NCBI GenBank assembly: GCA_965235115.1
Contig: OZ249436.1
Coordinates: forward strand, 47,680,001-47,744,000
DNA length: 64,000 nt
Origin: Laetmonice hystrix
Taxonomy: Eukaryota
Direction of reading: 5' to 3'
Shown here: piece after piece, positions 12,527 through 26,284 of the stretch
How the letters are laid out: the number at the start of each line of letters is the position of its first letter
Position numbering within the stretch: the first letter of the stretch is position 1
The notes under the pieces: generated by a model
The model's input: only the letters and a program-made list of their open reading frames with translations
Told to the model about the DNA's origin: nothing
Databases searched by the model: none
Program-made: the position numbers and the translations under genes

Positions 12527-13615
12527 GGGTAACGTGGTCAGGCTGGGTCTGATCTCGGCCTCTGCAGTGGCATGGTAACGTGGTCCGGCTGGGATCTGAT
12601 CTCGGCCTCTGCAGTGGCATGGTAACGTGGTCAGGCTGGGGTCTGATCTCGGCCTCTGCAGTGGCATGGTAACGTGGTCAGGCCGGGGTCTGATCTCGGC
12701 CTCTGCTGTGGGAGGGTAACGTGGTCAGGCTGGGGTCTGATCTCGGCCTCTGCAGTGGCATGGTAACGTGGTCAGGCTGGGGTCTGATCTCGGCCTCTGC
12801 AGTGGCATGGTAAAGTGGTCAGGCTGGGGTCTGATCTCGGCCTCTGCAGTGGCATGGTAACGTGGTCCGGCTGGGATCTGATCTCGGCCTCTGCAGTGGG
12901 ACAGTAACATGGTCAGGCTGGGCTCTGATCTCGGCCTCTGCAGTGGCATGGTAACGTGGTCAGGCTGGGGTCTGATCTCGGCCTCTGCAGTGGCATGGTA
13001 ACGTGGTCAGGCTGGGGTCTGATCTCGGCCTCTGCAGTGGGACAGTAACATGGTCAGGCTGGGCTCTGATCTCGGCCTCTGCAGTGGCATGGTAACGTGG
13101 TCAGGCTGGGGTCTGATCTCGGCCTCTGCAGTGGCATGGTAACGTGGTCAGGCTGGGGTCTGATCTCGGCCTCTGCAGTGGCATGGTAACGTGGTCAGGC
13201 TGGGGTCTGATCTCGGCCTCTGCAGTGGCATGGTAACGTGGTCCGGCTGGGGTCTGATCTCGGCCTCTGCAGTGGCATGGTAACGTGGTCCGGCTGGGGT
13301 CTGATCTCGGCCTCTGCAGTGGCATGGTAACGTGGTCAGGCTGGGGTCTGATCTCGGCCTCTGCAGTGGCATGGTAACGTGGTCCGGCTGGGGTCTGATC
13401 TCGGCCTCTGCAGTGGCATGGTAACTTGGTCCGGCTGGGATCTGATCTCGGCCTCTGCAGTGGCATGGTAACGTGGTCAGGCTGGGGTCTGATCTCGGCC
13501 TCTGCAGTGGCATGGTAACTTGGTCCGGCTGGGATCTGATCTCGGCCTCTGCAGTGGCATGGTAACGTGGTCAGGTTGAGGTCTGATCTCGGCCTCTGCA
13601 GTGGCATGGTAACGT
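12527..13615. repeat. Minisatellite, 47-bp unit, ~23 copies
   Basis: Unit ggtaacgtggtcaggctggggtctgatctcggcctctgcagtggcat. Confidence 0.97.
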
Positions 13616-14882
13616 CGTCTACTTCAGGGGACACCAGACTGAATGAACTCTGACAGGAACTAGACAGGTATATAAACATGGCGTCCAGAACCAATAGATC
13701 CCAATGGTATAACAAGTGGACTGCGGATTGGAAGAACATACATATCGTGATGTTTACAACCTTGAGGAAAACTGGTCCCGAATTCTTTTATATTAGAACA
13801 TTTTCTGTGGCTGGAAAGGTAATACTAAATATGTACTGTCGGAATGTCCTTACGCTGAGCTGAAGTAAAAGCGATCACTTCTGACTGTTGAATTGAATCA
13901 CAAACCGTTCACAATCCAAAGTCCACAGACACGTCTGACTGACATTTCTAGTCGAAATGTAAATAAAATAATCCGTGTCCCAATTATCCATTCTCGGTCT
14001 CATAACGTCTGTATACGACTCGCACGCATGATGAGCAATACAAGATGTCATGCTGCAGTAGAAAATACCTGCAAGGTTGCTTCATGGAATGAAAGATAAG
14101 ATACGGCACTGCATGCTGGAATAACTTGTAAAAATAAAAAGGACAGAAAAAAAACCCAGCTCAAAGGACAGAGAACTGTTCCGGCCAGACACAGCGATAT
14201 CAAAGTGGACCTACTAACCTTTACGAGAGCCAATCTACAGCAATCTTTGATCTCACATGATAATTTAGGCAATCTTGGTTTGTTATCCAATTTTAATGAA
14301 ATACCTCATCATCCAAATCACTAAACGAATAAAAATGGTCCTTTTTTTCTCTTTAAAGATTCCGACGAAACAAAGCGGTTATGATATGATGTAAACAGTT
14401 CTGATAAAAAGGTTTCGATGATAAAGCGATAGTTGTTTCGGAACAATCCCAGTAATTGGCGTCAGCATTCACAGTGACGGAGTAAACTTGTCAGAGTTTC
14501 TCTGCCCTGTCGACGGTAGACATCAGCCACATTCAGGCTGAGAACATCTGTTCTGTCTGGCTGAGACCTAATGTTCCCTCGTAGGTTCAACCTTTTGTAC
14601 ACAGGAGTCTCAAGGGATGATGATAAGGACGGAAGAAACCCGAGGTAATCCCCTGCTCTTCTCCATAAATATTGCAAACTTCTTTTTTCTATTCCCGGCA
14701 GTACAACAAAGGCGGCCATAAAACACCTTTCACAAAGAGATAAGGAATGGCAATGTATGATGGAAACGTGCCACACAGACGATTCGACACTCTGACGTTT
14801 AACCACTTCTCCATACCAGCCCTAGCCCCATTCGTCACCTGTTACGGGCAGCAAGGGAATATTTGGACTCGTTCTGTCTTAC

Positions 14883-15017
14883 CCTACAACCCATGGGGGC
14901 AGTGACTGAGTGAGGTACCGGTGCTGACCAGGGCGCCCCCTGTCGGGTTGCTCCGGCGACACGTGGTAGCAGAAATATCGCCAACCACAACAGAGGCTGA
15001 AACAATGCAGTGCTCAT
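14883..15017 (-). CDS. Possible first coding exon of a secreted or membrane host protein (signal-peptide-like)
   Basis: Acceptor tattttatacatacag| at 15023, then aaacaATG at 15017. Encodes MSTALFQPLLWLAIFLLPRVAGA-TRQGAPWSAPVPHSVTAPMGCR, with a hydrophobic core and an A-G-A cleavage-like site. Ends at donor AGG|GTAAGA (14882). No downstream exon identified. Confidence 0.3.
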
Positions 15018-16694
15018 TGTTTCTGTATGTATAAAATATATGTTCACTGAAGCAAATCACCTGAACTATCTGACAAACGTAGAGCGAGTATAAATCAAAG
15101 AAAACTGATCACTCTGTCACTGGGCCTTTTAGTTCGAAAAAAAAACATCCTGTGTTTTAGTAGGGGTCAGCGGGTAAGAAATCTCCTCTGTAAATTGCAT
15201 TTGATACATTTCCCCCCAATGAGTCAGTTGCATGACATTTCTGTAACCATTCCTTTTGTTAATATTCCCAATGTTCTAACTAGGGCCTGAATGGGGAGGG
15301 GCGAACTAAAGTCATGGCAGTCATCATCACCCACAGTAGTTCCTGTCTTCTGTCTGACAATTACCAGTTATATATCAGCAAGGCTTGTCCTTGTGCGAAC
15401 AGCGCCCCCTACATTCTGCCTACTTTAAGCTCAGCCGGCTGTGGCTGGGAGTCTACTCTCAGCATGCAATGAGTTACTTCTCCAGCCTAACCTAATTCAT
15501 TCACATGTCTCTTTACCTCCCACTCGGCCACAATCAGAGGGAGAAAGCTTTTAACGACGTGAACTGGGGTGGGGGTGAGGTACTCAGTCTCTTTGACACG
15601 ACATTATGTGACTAAAGCTGAGACAGTTGACAGTACTCGGCTTGAGTTACCATTGGCGGCGGCCTCTGCCCTAGGACAGCTGGCACTTGCAGTGACCTGC
15701 TTCAGGGCTACAGGCTTCTGTTCCAGCTGGGAATGACCTGCTTCCTACCTGTAGCAGCTGGTACTGGCGTGAGACCATGGATATAATGCCATGACTGGCT
15801 GTCCACTCAACACATAAATACCTGACCACAGTATTGGGGACCTTTTCACTGAAACCATGGGTTTAAACCACTCAGTAGTGAATGTGGACTTACAGCCGAT
15901 AGGAATTTGATATTAATGGTCCTAACAGTAGGGTGAGGGGGAGGGGGTTAAGCAAAACCCTAGTGCCTGTCTGATTGTTCACACAGACCACTGGCGATTA
16001 GACTTTTCTTCTGGCAAATCTCTGAAGGATTTTTGATTAATCAGTAACTTCATAAAGAAACTGGACACTATATCTAACAATGCTCACTACAACCTAACAC
16101 ACGTCTTTCATTTCGAGGCAACTGGTCGTTAATATTAATATGACCAATTCTAGGTGTGATAAAAATTGGGTATAGAGCGGTAGATAAGCCTAAAGTCCTC
16201 TAAAAGGCCATGCACCCCCTATTTATCTGCCTGCTCAACACACAGAAATCCTTCAGCCCTGGGGAGATGGATGCGAAGTTTCAAGATATCCATAATAAAA
16301 CTGTCCAGTGTTCGGTAGCTTTCCCAGTCAAAGGTTACCTCATCATTTGCAGTAAATCAAACAGTGTTGTGAGACCTTGACTTGACGTCCTTGTCAGGCC
16401 GCACTGCCCTCTACCGACTGATGAGGTCATGATAGTGATACAACCCGGCCCGACCAGGTCGGGTGGACTCGCTATCTCCATGAATAACAGCAATCTTCAG
16501 GTCAATCCCGTCTGAGACAACTGACCTTCTGGGGAATACAACTAGGCAGCGTGCACCTTGAGGGTGGACACATACAGATACACCCTCGTTCTGTAGCTTC
16601 AGATTTCCTTAATCAAGAACTACTTTTTTTCCAGGACTTTACCTTAAGTCTTAGGTTGAGATCACTTTTGCTTCCACCGATTAGCCTCTTATTA

Positions 16695-16735
16695 ACTCAC
16701 CTGCAAAAAAAAAAAAACAGTAAAAGTAAGTATGA
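16695..16735 (-). promoter_or_regulatory. Candidate recursive splice site (ratchet point, zero-length exon)
   Basis: Minus strand reads tcatacttacttttactg-T13-GCAG|GTGAGT: a strong acceptor (AG at 16702-16701) immediately followed by a consensus donor. Confidence 0.5.
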
Positions 16736-16888
16736 ATGATTCGAAAGAACAGTTATTTAACAAATGCACAACGTTACATTTTGTCGTTTGACGTGGCTAA
16801 TAGAGCAGTGCATCAGCCACCTAACTCTGTCACAGTACTGTATATGGATATACGAATTGGTCTCTCTGTGAAACCATTGGAAACCTAA

Positions 16889-18888
16889 AGGCCCTTATCC
16901 ACAGACCGTTTCGCACGGCCGATTTTGCCTCGTACGACGATCGTGTGAAAAACTGGGAAAATCGTGCGTCGTGCGTGTTCATGGATATGACCGTCGGCCC
17001 GACGCTCAGAATTTCAGCCGACGCTGTACCGTCGTGCGAGTGTCGCACGATGGTATTAAAACTTTTAAATATTCCCGCCGGCGATTGAGCCATCGCACGA
17101 CTAGTGCTTAGTTCCACCACATGGGGACAGTGTGTAGTCCGGCAGATATATGTGAAATATTTGGGGAAATTGTGCCTTTAATGATAGAAGCATGAAATTT
17201 GGCACACAGTTAGGGGATGTCATAAGAAAGATATTTGGCTATAGGGACATCGCAGATTTGGCCCGTGACAAAAATGGCGGCCATTTTCCAAAATGGCCAC
17301 CCAATATTTTTTGCGAACACTGTGTCGCTGATAGTTTTCATGTTTTCCTCAATATTTCTGTGGTATAACGTTTGGAGACCAACATACTAAAAGGTTACCG
17401 AAATCGGGTCACCAAAAAGGGTCAAGATGGCACAAAATCAAAGATGGCCGCCATTTAACTGGAACAGGCCGTATTTCAGGTCCCAGTGGACAGATTTTGA
17501 TGAAATTTGAGGCCATTCCAACGTTTAGCCGGATGCTGAATTCATTTCTTACATTTTCGAAATTCAAGATGGCTGCCAAATCCAAGATGGCCACCATTTA
17601 ACTAGAAATAGCTGCATTTCCGCTCCGAGTGACCCGATTTTGATGAAATTTGAGTTGATTCCTAGGTTCATACAGAGGGTGAATCCATTTCTGACATTTT
17701 CAAAATTCAAGATGGCCACCAAATCTAAGATGGCCGCCATCTAAACCGGAAATGGCAATATTTCAGCTGCCGGTAAGGCTAAATTAATGAAATTTGAGCT
17801 GATTCCGAGCTTATTAACGATGCTGAATCAATTCCTCACATTTTTCAAACTTAATATGACCACCCAGGCCAAGATGAATGCCATTTTAGAAGTAATCATT
17901 CGCCGGACCTTTTCATGCATGGAAGTGTGGCCGGTGCTGCCGGTGTCATATGGAAAATGGTAACCCTCTGTACCTGGGGTCCAATTTCTATTATAGAATC
18001 TGGACCCCCTGGTCTATATTCTATAATAGAAAATGGCCGCCCATCTTATGGAAATTGTACCCCCCCCCCAACATCCGTTTTGCTACTAGCTGTTTTACAT
18101 GAACTATAAAACAATATTTATTGCATGTAATAGGACTTTTGCGAGATCATCATTCAGAAAACAGTTACCCAGTGAAGTAAATTTCTTGCTAACAATTATA
18201 TAGTCGGTGTAATTTTTTTCCTGACAACTTGATCAGCCGGACCTAAATTCTACTTAAAGGTAATGTCCTGGGATGGGTCAAGTCATAAATCGTCAAGTTA
18301 CAATAATAACTTAATAATTATCCAGAATTGCTTGAAAGAAAACATGAGGTTATATATAACAGACGGCTTACCAATTCCTTAGCCTAACTCTTATGAAACA
18401 TGTGGACATCGTCATCACTCATAAAGGTCCTATACATGATGTATTTATTATGATTCGATATTCCTTATAAGTATATTGTATAAGCTCTATTTCATGTTTT
18501 TAGGTTGTACATGTAGTGTGGAATACGCAGTAATCTTAATAAATGTCATGTTGGCATGGTCAGAGTCCGCGTTCTTAGGCATAAAATTTCGAATCTACAA
18601 TGGAAGGCTATATGTTTACGATAACTGCAATAGGCTTATAGAATTTGCAGTATTTTGGATGTATGCAGAATTTTGAATAGGATGTAGTTCACATAAATTG
18701 GGCGGGAATTACAAAATATGATTTTACCTACGCACGATACTTGCAGTCGCTGTGGATAGTACCATCGTGCGAACCATCGGCTGGTTCACACGACGGGTTT
18801 TCGCCCGATGCTTCCCACGACACCCACACGATGATCATCGTGCAATGCACCATCGGCCGGCCGTGTCAATGTTTCTGTGGACAAGGGC
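16889..18888. mobile_element. Non-autonomous PIF/Harbinger-like element (~2.0 kb) inserted at TAA within a 57-bp minisatellite unit
   Basis: Left TAA|AGGCCCTTATCCACAGA, right TCTGTGGACAAGGGC|TTA; CG-rich (t)cgtgcga/cgcacga subterminal motifs at both ends; flanks rejoin to aaacctaactctgtcacag. The interior holds ~143-bp degenerate repeats with caagatggccgccat (17270-17890), probably a nested element. Confidence 0.75.
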
Positions 18889-18891
18889 TTA

Positions 18892-20033
18892 CTCTGTCAC
18901 AGTATATGGTTATACGAATTGTTCCCTGTGAAACCATTGGAAACCTAACTCTGTCACAGTATATGGTTATACGAATTGTTCCCTGTCAAACCATTGGAAA
19001 CCTAACTCTGTTACAGTATATGGTTATACGAATTGTTCCCTGTCAAACCATTGGAAACCTAACTCTGTCACAGTATATGGTTATACGAATTGTTCCCTCT
19101 GAAACCATTGGAAACCTAACTCTGTCACAGTATATGGTTATACGAATTGTTCCCTGTCAAACCATTGGAAACCTAACTCTGTCACAGTATATGGTTATAC
19201 GAATTGTTCCCTGTGAAACCATTGGAAACCTAACTCTGTTACAGTATATGGATATACGAATTGGTCCCTGTGAAATCATTGGAAACCTAACTCTGTCACA
19301 GTATATGGATATACGAATTGTTCCCTGTGAAACCATTGGAAACCTAACTCTGTCACAGTATGTGGATATACGAACTGGTCCCTGTGAAACCATTGGAAAC
19401 CTAACTCTGTCACAGTATATGGATATATACGAATTGGTCCCTGTGAAACCATTGGAAACCTAACGCTGTCACAGTATATGGATATACGAATTGGTCCCTG
19501 TGAAACCATTGGAAACCTAACTCTGTCACAGTATATGGATATACGAATTGGTCCCTGTGAAACCATTGGAAACCTAACTCTGTCACAGTATATGGTTATA
19601 CGAATTGGTCCCTGTGAAACCATTGGAAACCTAACTCTGTCACAGTATATGGTTATACGAATTGGTCTCTGTGAAACCATTGGAAACCTAACTCTGTCAC
19701 AGTATATGGTTATACGAATTGGTCTCTGTGAAACCATTGGAAACCTAACTCTGTCACAGTATATGGTTATACGAATTGGTCCCTGTGAAACCATTGGAAA
19801 CCTAACTCTGTCACAGTATATGGATATACGAATTGGTCCCTGTGAAACCATTGGAAACCTAACTCTGTCACAGTATATGGATATACGAATTGTTCCCTGT
19901 GAAACCATTGGAAACCTAACTCTGTCACAGTATATGGATATACGAATTGGTCTCTCTGTGAAACCATTGGAAACCTAAATCTGTCACAGTATATGGATAT
20001 ACGAACTGGTCCCTGTGAAACCATTGGAAATCT
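18892..20033. repeat. Minisatellite, 57-bp unit, ~20 copies (one further unit at 16820-16888, left of the insertion)
   Basis: Unit ctctgtcacagtatatggttatacgaattgttccctgtgaaaccattggaaacctaa. Confidence 0.97.
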
Positions 20034-21929
20034 GACGTGTTTGACGTGTGAAATATTACATTTTACACGTCACCAGTAGTCCATGCAAAATCCCTTCCAA
20101 TATTTGTTTTTGTTGTAACTTCAGTCTTTCTCATCTTTATCTTTGTGTTTTAATTCTCTGTTTCTTTTTCTAATATTACTGTATTCTCTCTGGCTGGTTA
20201 ACTCTATTTACCCCAGTAGTTGACAGAGATACGGGCCAGTCAAAATACTCATTCCTAACTCACTGCCCTAATAAACCACGATACTTCAACTGGGACTGTT
20301 TTATATTTGATAGCGAAAACCACTTAATAACATAATGCCACTGCTGTCTATTGTAATCAGATAACAATACGATAATATTAATATCCCCAGACCCCACGGC
20401 CGTAATACCCATGATAATATTAATATCCCCAGACCCCAAGGCCGTGAGCCCAATGATAATATTAGTATACCCAGACCCCAAGTCCGTGAGCCCAGCTGTG
20501 GTATCAGTTTACACTGGTAAAACTGCTCCTCTCCTTGTGTGTTTTCATCTAAAAACAGATCCTCCTGAGTCCATGTTTGATTGACGGTCCGTTGGCTCCA
20601 ATGTTTTATGGGGTGAATGTGTTTGGGGTCACCTCCCATCTTAACAGGCCTCTGACCCCGCCCACAACCCCCGGTAACCGAACCCTATCCGTCAAACAGC
20701 CTGACGGAGTCTCCATGGACAAACACCAACCCGGGTTGTCCATAGGGACAGCAACTTGTCCAAACAGACTCTCCGATCTGTTAACTACCACCCCAGCGAG
20801 CTGCTCAGATTTACCTAATCTCTCTGGTTTCCGTTCCATCCTACAGAACACTGTGGAAATTTTAAAAAACTTCAAAGATTCAACAAGTCTTTAAACTAAC
20901 ACCCTCCACCCCCCCCCCCCCCCCCCATTTTCTCTATGAAGGTGGGAACACTCCAGAATATTTTTGAGATGTGATTTTGCCCATATTTGGTAGTTTTCCG
21001 ATTGCAAAAACGGAACAACTTTTATCATATGCTCAAGACATATTGTCTGACTATAGCCGATTGACAATTCGTCAAAGAATGTTGGAGGTACACAACACTT
21101 TTTTTAGTGGTTTCTCGAACAGCATTCCATCTCACATCATTTTCTTGGGTTCTTGGATTCCAACACCCCAGGGAATAATACAATAATACCGACAGTAAAC
21201 CACCCCTATAAGTCTTGGTTCTAGCCCCAGTATGAGAACGGATATCGATCGGAATGGCCGCTATGTAAGTTTGACTCCCAAGGGGGTGATACTATCTTCT
21301 TCAAATTCATTAATTTTGATCAATATATTTTTTACAATGTCACCAGATAACTATTTTCCGACTAACAATTAACCATGAAACTTTCAGGGCACCATAAATT
21401 TCAATGTGTAAAAAATGTAAAGTTTTAGTGCATAAGAGAGAATTTCTACAACATTTTTAATTCCTCAAAATTGTCCTGATATATATAAGTCGGACAATTT
21501 AGCAGGTTTACAAAATATAAACTGTGCCTGCCTTGTTGAGCAGTCAACAGTTCGGCTGCCAGCGTGTCACTGCATCTACCAACATAGCTGCCAGGATTTC
21601 TGTTTATCACGGCACCTGGCGGAGTTTACGCGTACCTAAGAATAGCCGGCAGACGTCACGTATTTGTACGTTACGGTGTGTGCGTTCCAGGACGGTGGCC
21701 GTAAATCTGACGTGTCAACATCAGACCCGTCATCCGGGTATTTACGACGGCTCTCTAACACGCACGACCCCTGGCGGCGGGAGCTGACGTAAGGTGTCGG
21801 TCGGTCAGGGAGGCAAGTCAGGGTCACTTTAGCTTCTGCATCAGTTGGTAACACATAAAAATCTACCCCTAATACTAATAGTAACACTAATCCTAGGCCC
21901 TAACCTTGCTCCCCAGACATCCCCCCCCC

Positions 21930-22257
21930 CAGGGTTTCCGCCAGAAAAGAAAATTAGGTTACGGACCAGACGAGGGGTTAGGGTGATGGTTAGGGTTAGC
22001 CTAACCCTAACTCTAACTGCTCCTAAATATGTGAATTATTCAAATAAAGACTGCATACTGTACAACATTATATTTGAATCCTTCAAGTTGCTCAAGGCAT
22101 CATCAGGAGGTTTTTATCACTTCATGGAAAAATGGTTACCCAACGATTTTGAGGGTACGGATGCGTACCCTGGAAAAATTTTAGGGTACGGATCCGTACC
22201 CTGGAAAAATTTTAGGGTACAGAATTTTACCCATTTTACCCTCTGGCGGAAACCCTG
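21930..22257. mobile_element. hAT-type MITE (328 bp)
   Basis: Perfect 16-bp TIR CAGGGTTTCCGCCAGA / TCTGGCGGAAACCCTG; both flanks read T(C)n, compatible with an 8-bp TSD plus slippage; internal repeated palindrome AGGGTACGGATCCGTACCCT. Confidence 0.8.
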
Positions 22258-23210
22258 TCCCCCCCCCCCCAAAAAAAAAAAAAAAAAATATTCCCAATAT
22301 CGCCCTGTCTTTTACCCTAACCCGTACCCCCACCCCCTTCCCAATTCCGTGGAAATATTACCATCAGGAATCGCTGCACAAATCTGATCAGGATCAGATC
22401 CAGATTATGTTTCCCGTTTCGGATCTGATTCTGTTTTTGATCCCGATTTCCCAGCTGCAGGTGACTGCGGCCAGGGACTACTGATCACACTTTCCCCGCG
22501 TTATGTCTGACTGATAACATGTTATAGTGGCACACTACATCTTCTGGCTACGTTCAGTACAACATTTCTGTTCCTTCAGACCACAGTCTCATCACTCACA
22601 CTGTAAATAGCTTCTCACGGCAGTCTGCCTGTAGCAGGGATTCATCAACATACCCCTGGCCTGGGGTGGAGGGAGTCTATGAGGGGCAGACAGGGGATCC
22701 CATACATCCCGGCCGACGGTACAGCGATCTTCTCGCTACTTTTAATCCTGGGGTACAGATTGGGGAAGGGGGCACGTGCCTCCTCTGGCCTCTAGGGCGG
22801 ATCTAGAAGGGGGAGGTCGGACCCCCACTTTAACTTTTTTCCCTCCGCTGTTGGATCTCCGTTTCCAGCATTTCGTTCTGAACCCTCCTTTTGGTCACTT
22901 TTCCCTAATGGCCCCTGCCCCGCTTTTCCCCCCTAAAAAATTCAGAACGTCTTTTTTTACAACCATTGTTATCCTGTCGTAAAATGTTCACTGAAAAAAA
23001 TTGATGTTAACGACACAATCTAACGACACAATATGAAAGGCACCCCTGGATTTTGTGGCGAGAGTCTCACATCCTGAGTGTCTCCGAGTGTGCCCTGTAG
23101 TGGGTGATATGATCCTGTTGAAACCACTAGTCCCGGGCACACACAAACACTGACAAGAAGAGGATGATATGACATCCCGCCCCGCCACCAGTGGAATCGA
23201 TGTGGGTCCC

Positions 23211-23747
23211 CCACCTCCCTGATCATACACAGGCCGTCCCTTAACCACCCACCACCCTGATCATACACAGGCCGTCCCACAACCACCCACCTCCCTGATC
23301 ATACACAGGCCGTCCCTTAACCACCCACCTCCCTGAGCATACACAGACCGTCCCATAACCACCCACCTCCCTGATCATACACAGACCGTCCCATAACCAC
23401 CCACCTCCCTGATCATACACAGGCCGTCCCATAACCACCCACCTCCCTGATCATACACAGACCGTCCCATAACCACCCACCTCCCTGATCATACACAGAC
23501 CGTCCCATAACCACCCACCTCCCTGAGCATACACAGACCGTCCCATAACCACCCACCTCCCTGATCATACACAGACCGTCCCATAACCACCCACCTCCCT
23601 GAGCATACACAGGCCGTTCCACAACCACCCACCTCCCTGATCATACACAGACCGTCCCATAACCACCCACCTCCCTGATCATACACAGACCGTCCCATAA
23701 CCACCCACCTCCCTGATCATACACAGACCGTCCCATAACCACCCACC
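23211..23747. repeat. Minisatellite, 38-bp unit, ~14 copies
   Basis: Unit ccacctccctgatcatacacagaccgtcccataaccac. Confidence 0.97.
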
Positions 23748-26284
23748 AGCTGCTGGCACGTAGTACGCACCAAAAGCCGCAGTATCTCGTGTGGAGTACA
23801 TGTACTGGAAGTGCGTACCGCGGCAGGGTTCAATCTTATAAATGGCTGTGAGACAGCATGCGGAGTAATACAAGGAGAGCCCTTGGCGGTAAGTAGGTCT
23901 GATATGATCTACTCATCCCTCTTTCCACCTTCAGGTCCTGAACCTTTTCTGGTGGAGTATTTCCAGGTCATCATGATGTCTTTTATAGAAAGAGATTGAG
24001 TTTGCATGATTGCCAGACAACGTCACAACACAACATCGTGACAGTAATTTCAATTTTAATCTCTACGATCAGTCAAACTCTCCAGCCTGCTTTCAATCTT
24101 TTGCTGTCTTCAATGGTTTTTAATCTATGGATATTTCACTGCCCCGCCGATATCTGATTCACGGTTTCCCAGAAGGAAAAGTATCTTGTAATCAGTCTCT
24201 GAAAACACGGTATTGGGAAAAATAAAATATAGGCCTATATCAACTTAAGATCTTGCTTAAGCTTAAGCTTAACGCTTCTGATTGGATAATAAAAGTATGT
24301 GTCAAAAATTAATGGAAATCGAAATGAATATCATTGTGCCAATCCATCACCAGTACGGAGCACTGGGTGTCTGCAGATGGTAACATTTCTGATGAAGGTT
24401 AAGAAAGTGATACACACATGCACAATTGACAATTAACATGAAATATTCCTTCCTTGACCTGCCTGAATTCTGACATTAAAATCTCATTTTATTCACCCTC
24501 AGCATACTAATAGTCTTGAATAAAACAGGAATGTGCTAAAATTATGAATAAACACTCGCGGGTTCGTATTTTCTTTACGGTACGCTGACTTGGAATTGGC
24601 CGAAAATCAAATTGGCAACCAGTAACGCAATAAAATATTCATAGGAAGGCTAGACCCAAGGCATCTGTATTAAATGTGTCTGTTGGAATGCTGCAACACT
24701 CAAGTTCACGTGCCGTCGTACGTGCGTCTGACGTCATTCATGTGACGTCACGTATGTGGTTCCTGATACAGAACCATACAAAACGGTGCTGGCTCCGTGA
24801 TGCCAACATGCCATGGAAACGACAAACACACCGTGGGCGCTCGCCTGACGACGCAACTCTATATCATGGGGTCTTTTAGAGAGAGAGAAAAAAAACCCTC
24901 CCCATCCCATTGCATCCTTTCTGCTCCTCTGCAGCTTTTCAAGCGCCTCAAATGTAGCTCTCAAAATAGACCAGACAGCCATACATTAGTTAAGAGCTTC
25001 TGTTTGGCAAAGCCAGGGGAACACACTTGGCAAAAGATGCAGCCAAAATGACGTCGGATTTATGGCCGAAACACAATATCCTTCTAGACACATTTGTGAC
25101 GTGGTCTCTACCAGTGGACCCAAAGCCAGGCGCCACTGTACTCTTGCCACTAGTAGGTCGTAGCCGTTTATGAAAATATGATAAATCCTAGATCCAGTTG
25201 TACCCATGAAGAGCATTGTAAAAAATACTTTTCTTTCATTGTCTCACAAAAACAAAAACAAAACAATAAAATGAAGAGCATTGTATATCTGCCGGATTGC
25301 CCTGGATTAGGGTTAGGTTTAGGGACTGGGCTAGGATTAGGGATACGTTGTTGGGGGAGGTCTCGAGTCCGGGACCAACGGTTTTGATTGGCTTCGGTTT
25401 AGGAGCAGCGATAAATTTGCAGTTCTTACCCCAAAGGCAAAGGAGATACCATAGTGAGACCACACGGAGGTAGTGAGGGGTGTGACCTTCAACTGTCGGG
25501 TAACGTTTTCAAGGGCGGGGTGGGGGCTCTACTTGGTTTCATCATCAGACACCTGTTACTAAGAGAACCAGACTCCAGCAATGAGGGACGCTGCCTCTAG
25601 GGGGCGCTTCCTCCTCAGCCGCCATTGTCCTTCAGCTGACATGAGCCACGCCTCCACTTTGAACCTGTCCACAATACCCCAACCCGCATACATCAATCAT
25701 CTCACGGGTTTCTACTCGCCTTCACGTTAACATCCACGCCACTCGTCACCATGGAGACCGGCGCCTGGCAACGACGTCTGCACGTAATGCCGCAAGGTCA
25801 TGACCTCTGTCTGGTAGCAACCAATCAGGAACCCCCATAGGAACCCTCCCAATTCGTGAAATGATTCCCTCAAGGTTAGTCGCACACCAACATTCTTCAA
25901 TCATGGATTCAATCATTGTATAACGAGGTTTCCTAGGTGACTGATTATACTGCTACCAATCCCGGCATGTAGGCCTATCTGTATTTGATCATCTATCTGA
26001 TGTTCGAGTTTGACACTATAAGGTTTTCTATAGTCTTGTCCTGCTTTTTCTCTGGTATCTAAGTAATGTCTGCATGGCTTTATCTTCGGCACTATGTGCG
26101 TTCATTTCACTGGGAAATAAGATTAATGATTGCTTGCCATCACGATGACTATTTTTGTATCTTTCTACGATCTATCCTTGCCAACAACAAAAACAGTCTA
26201 ACTACCATCACAGACTTAATCATGTCTGTGTACATGTGCCCGCAGTTTCTCCGTCCGGCGTAAACACATTCATACATTGTTTGC

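Noticed and set aside
11138..13739. Multiple repeat-peptide ORFs on the minus strand
   Set aside because: Translations of the 38-bp and 47-bp minisatellites.
18741..20024. ORFs with a 19-aa repeat (LTLSQYMVIRIVPCETIGN)
   Set aside because: 57-bp minisatellite with frame-breaking 2-bp insertions, also interrupted by a transposon.
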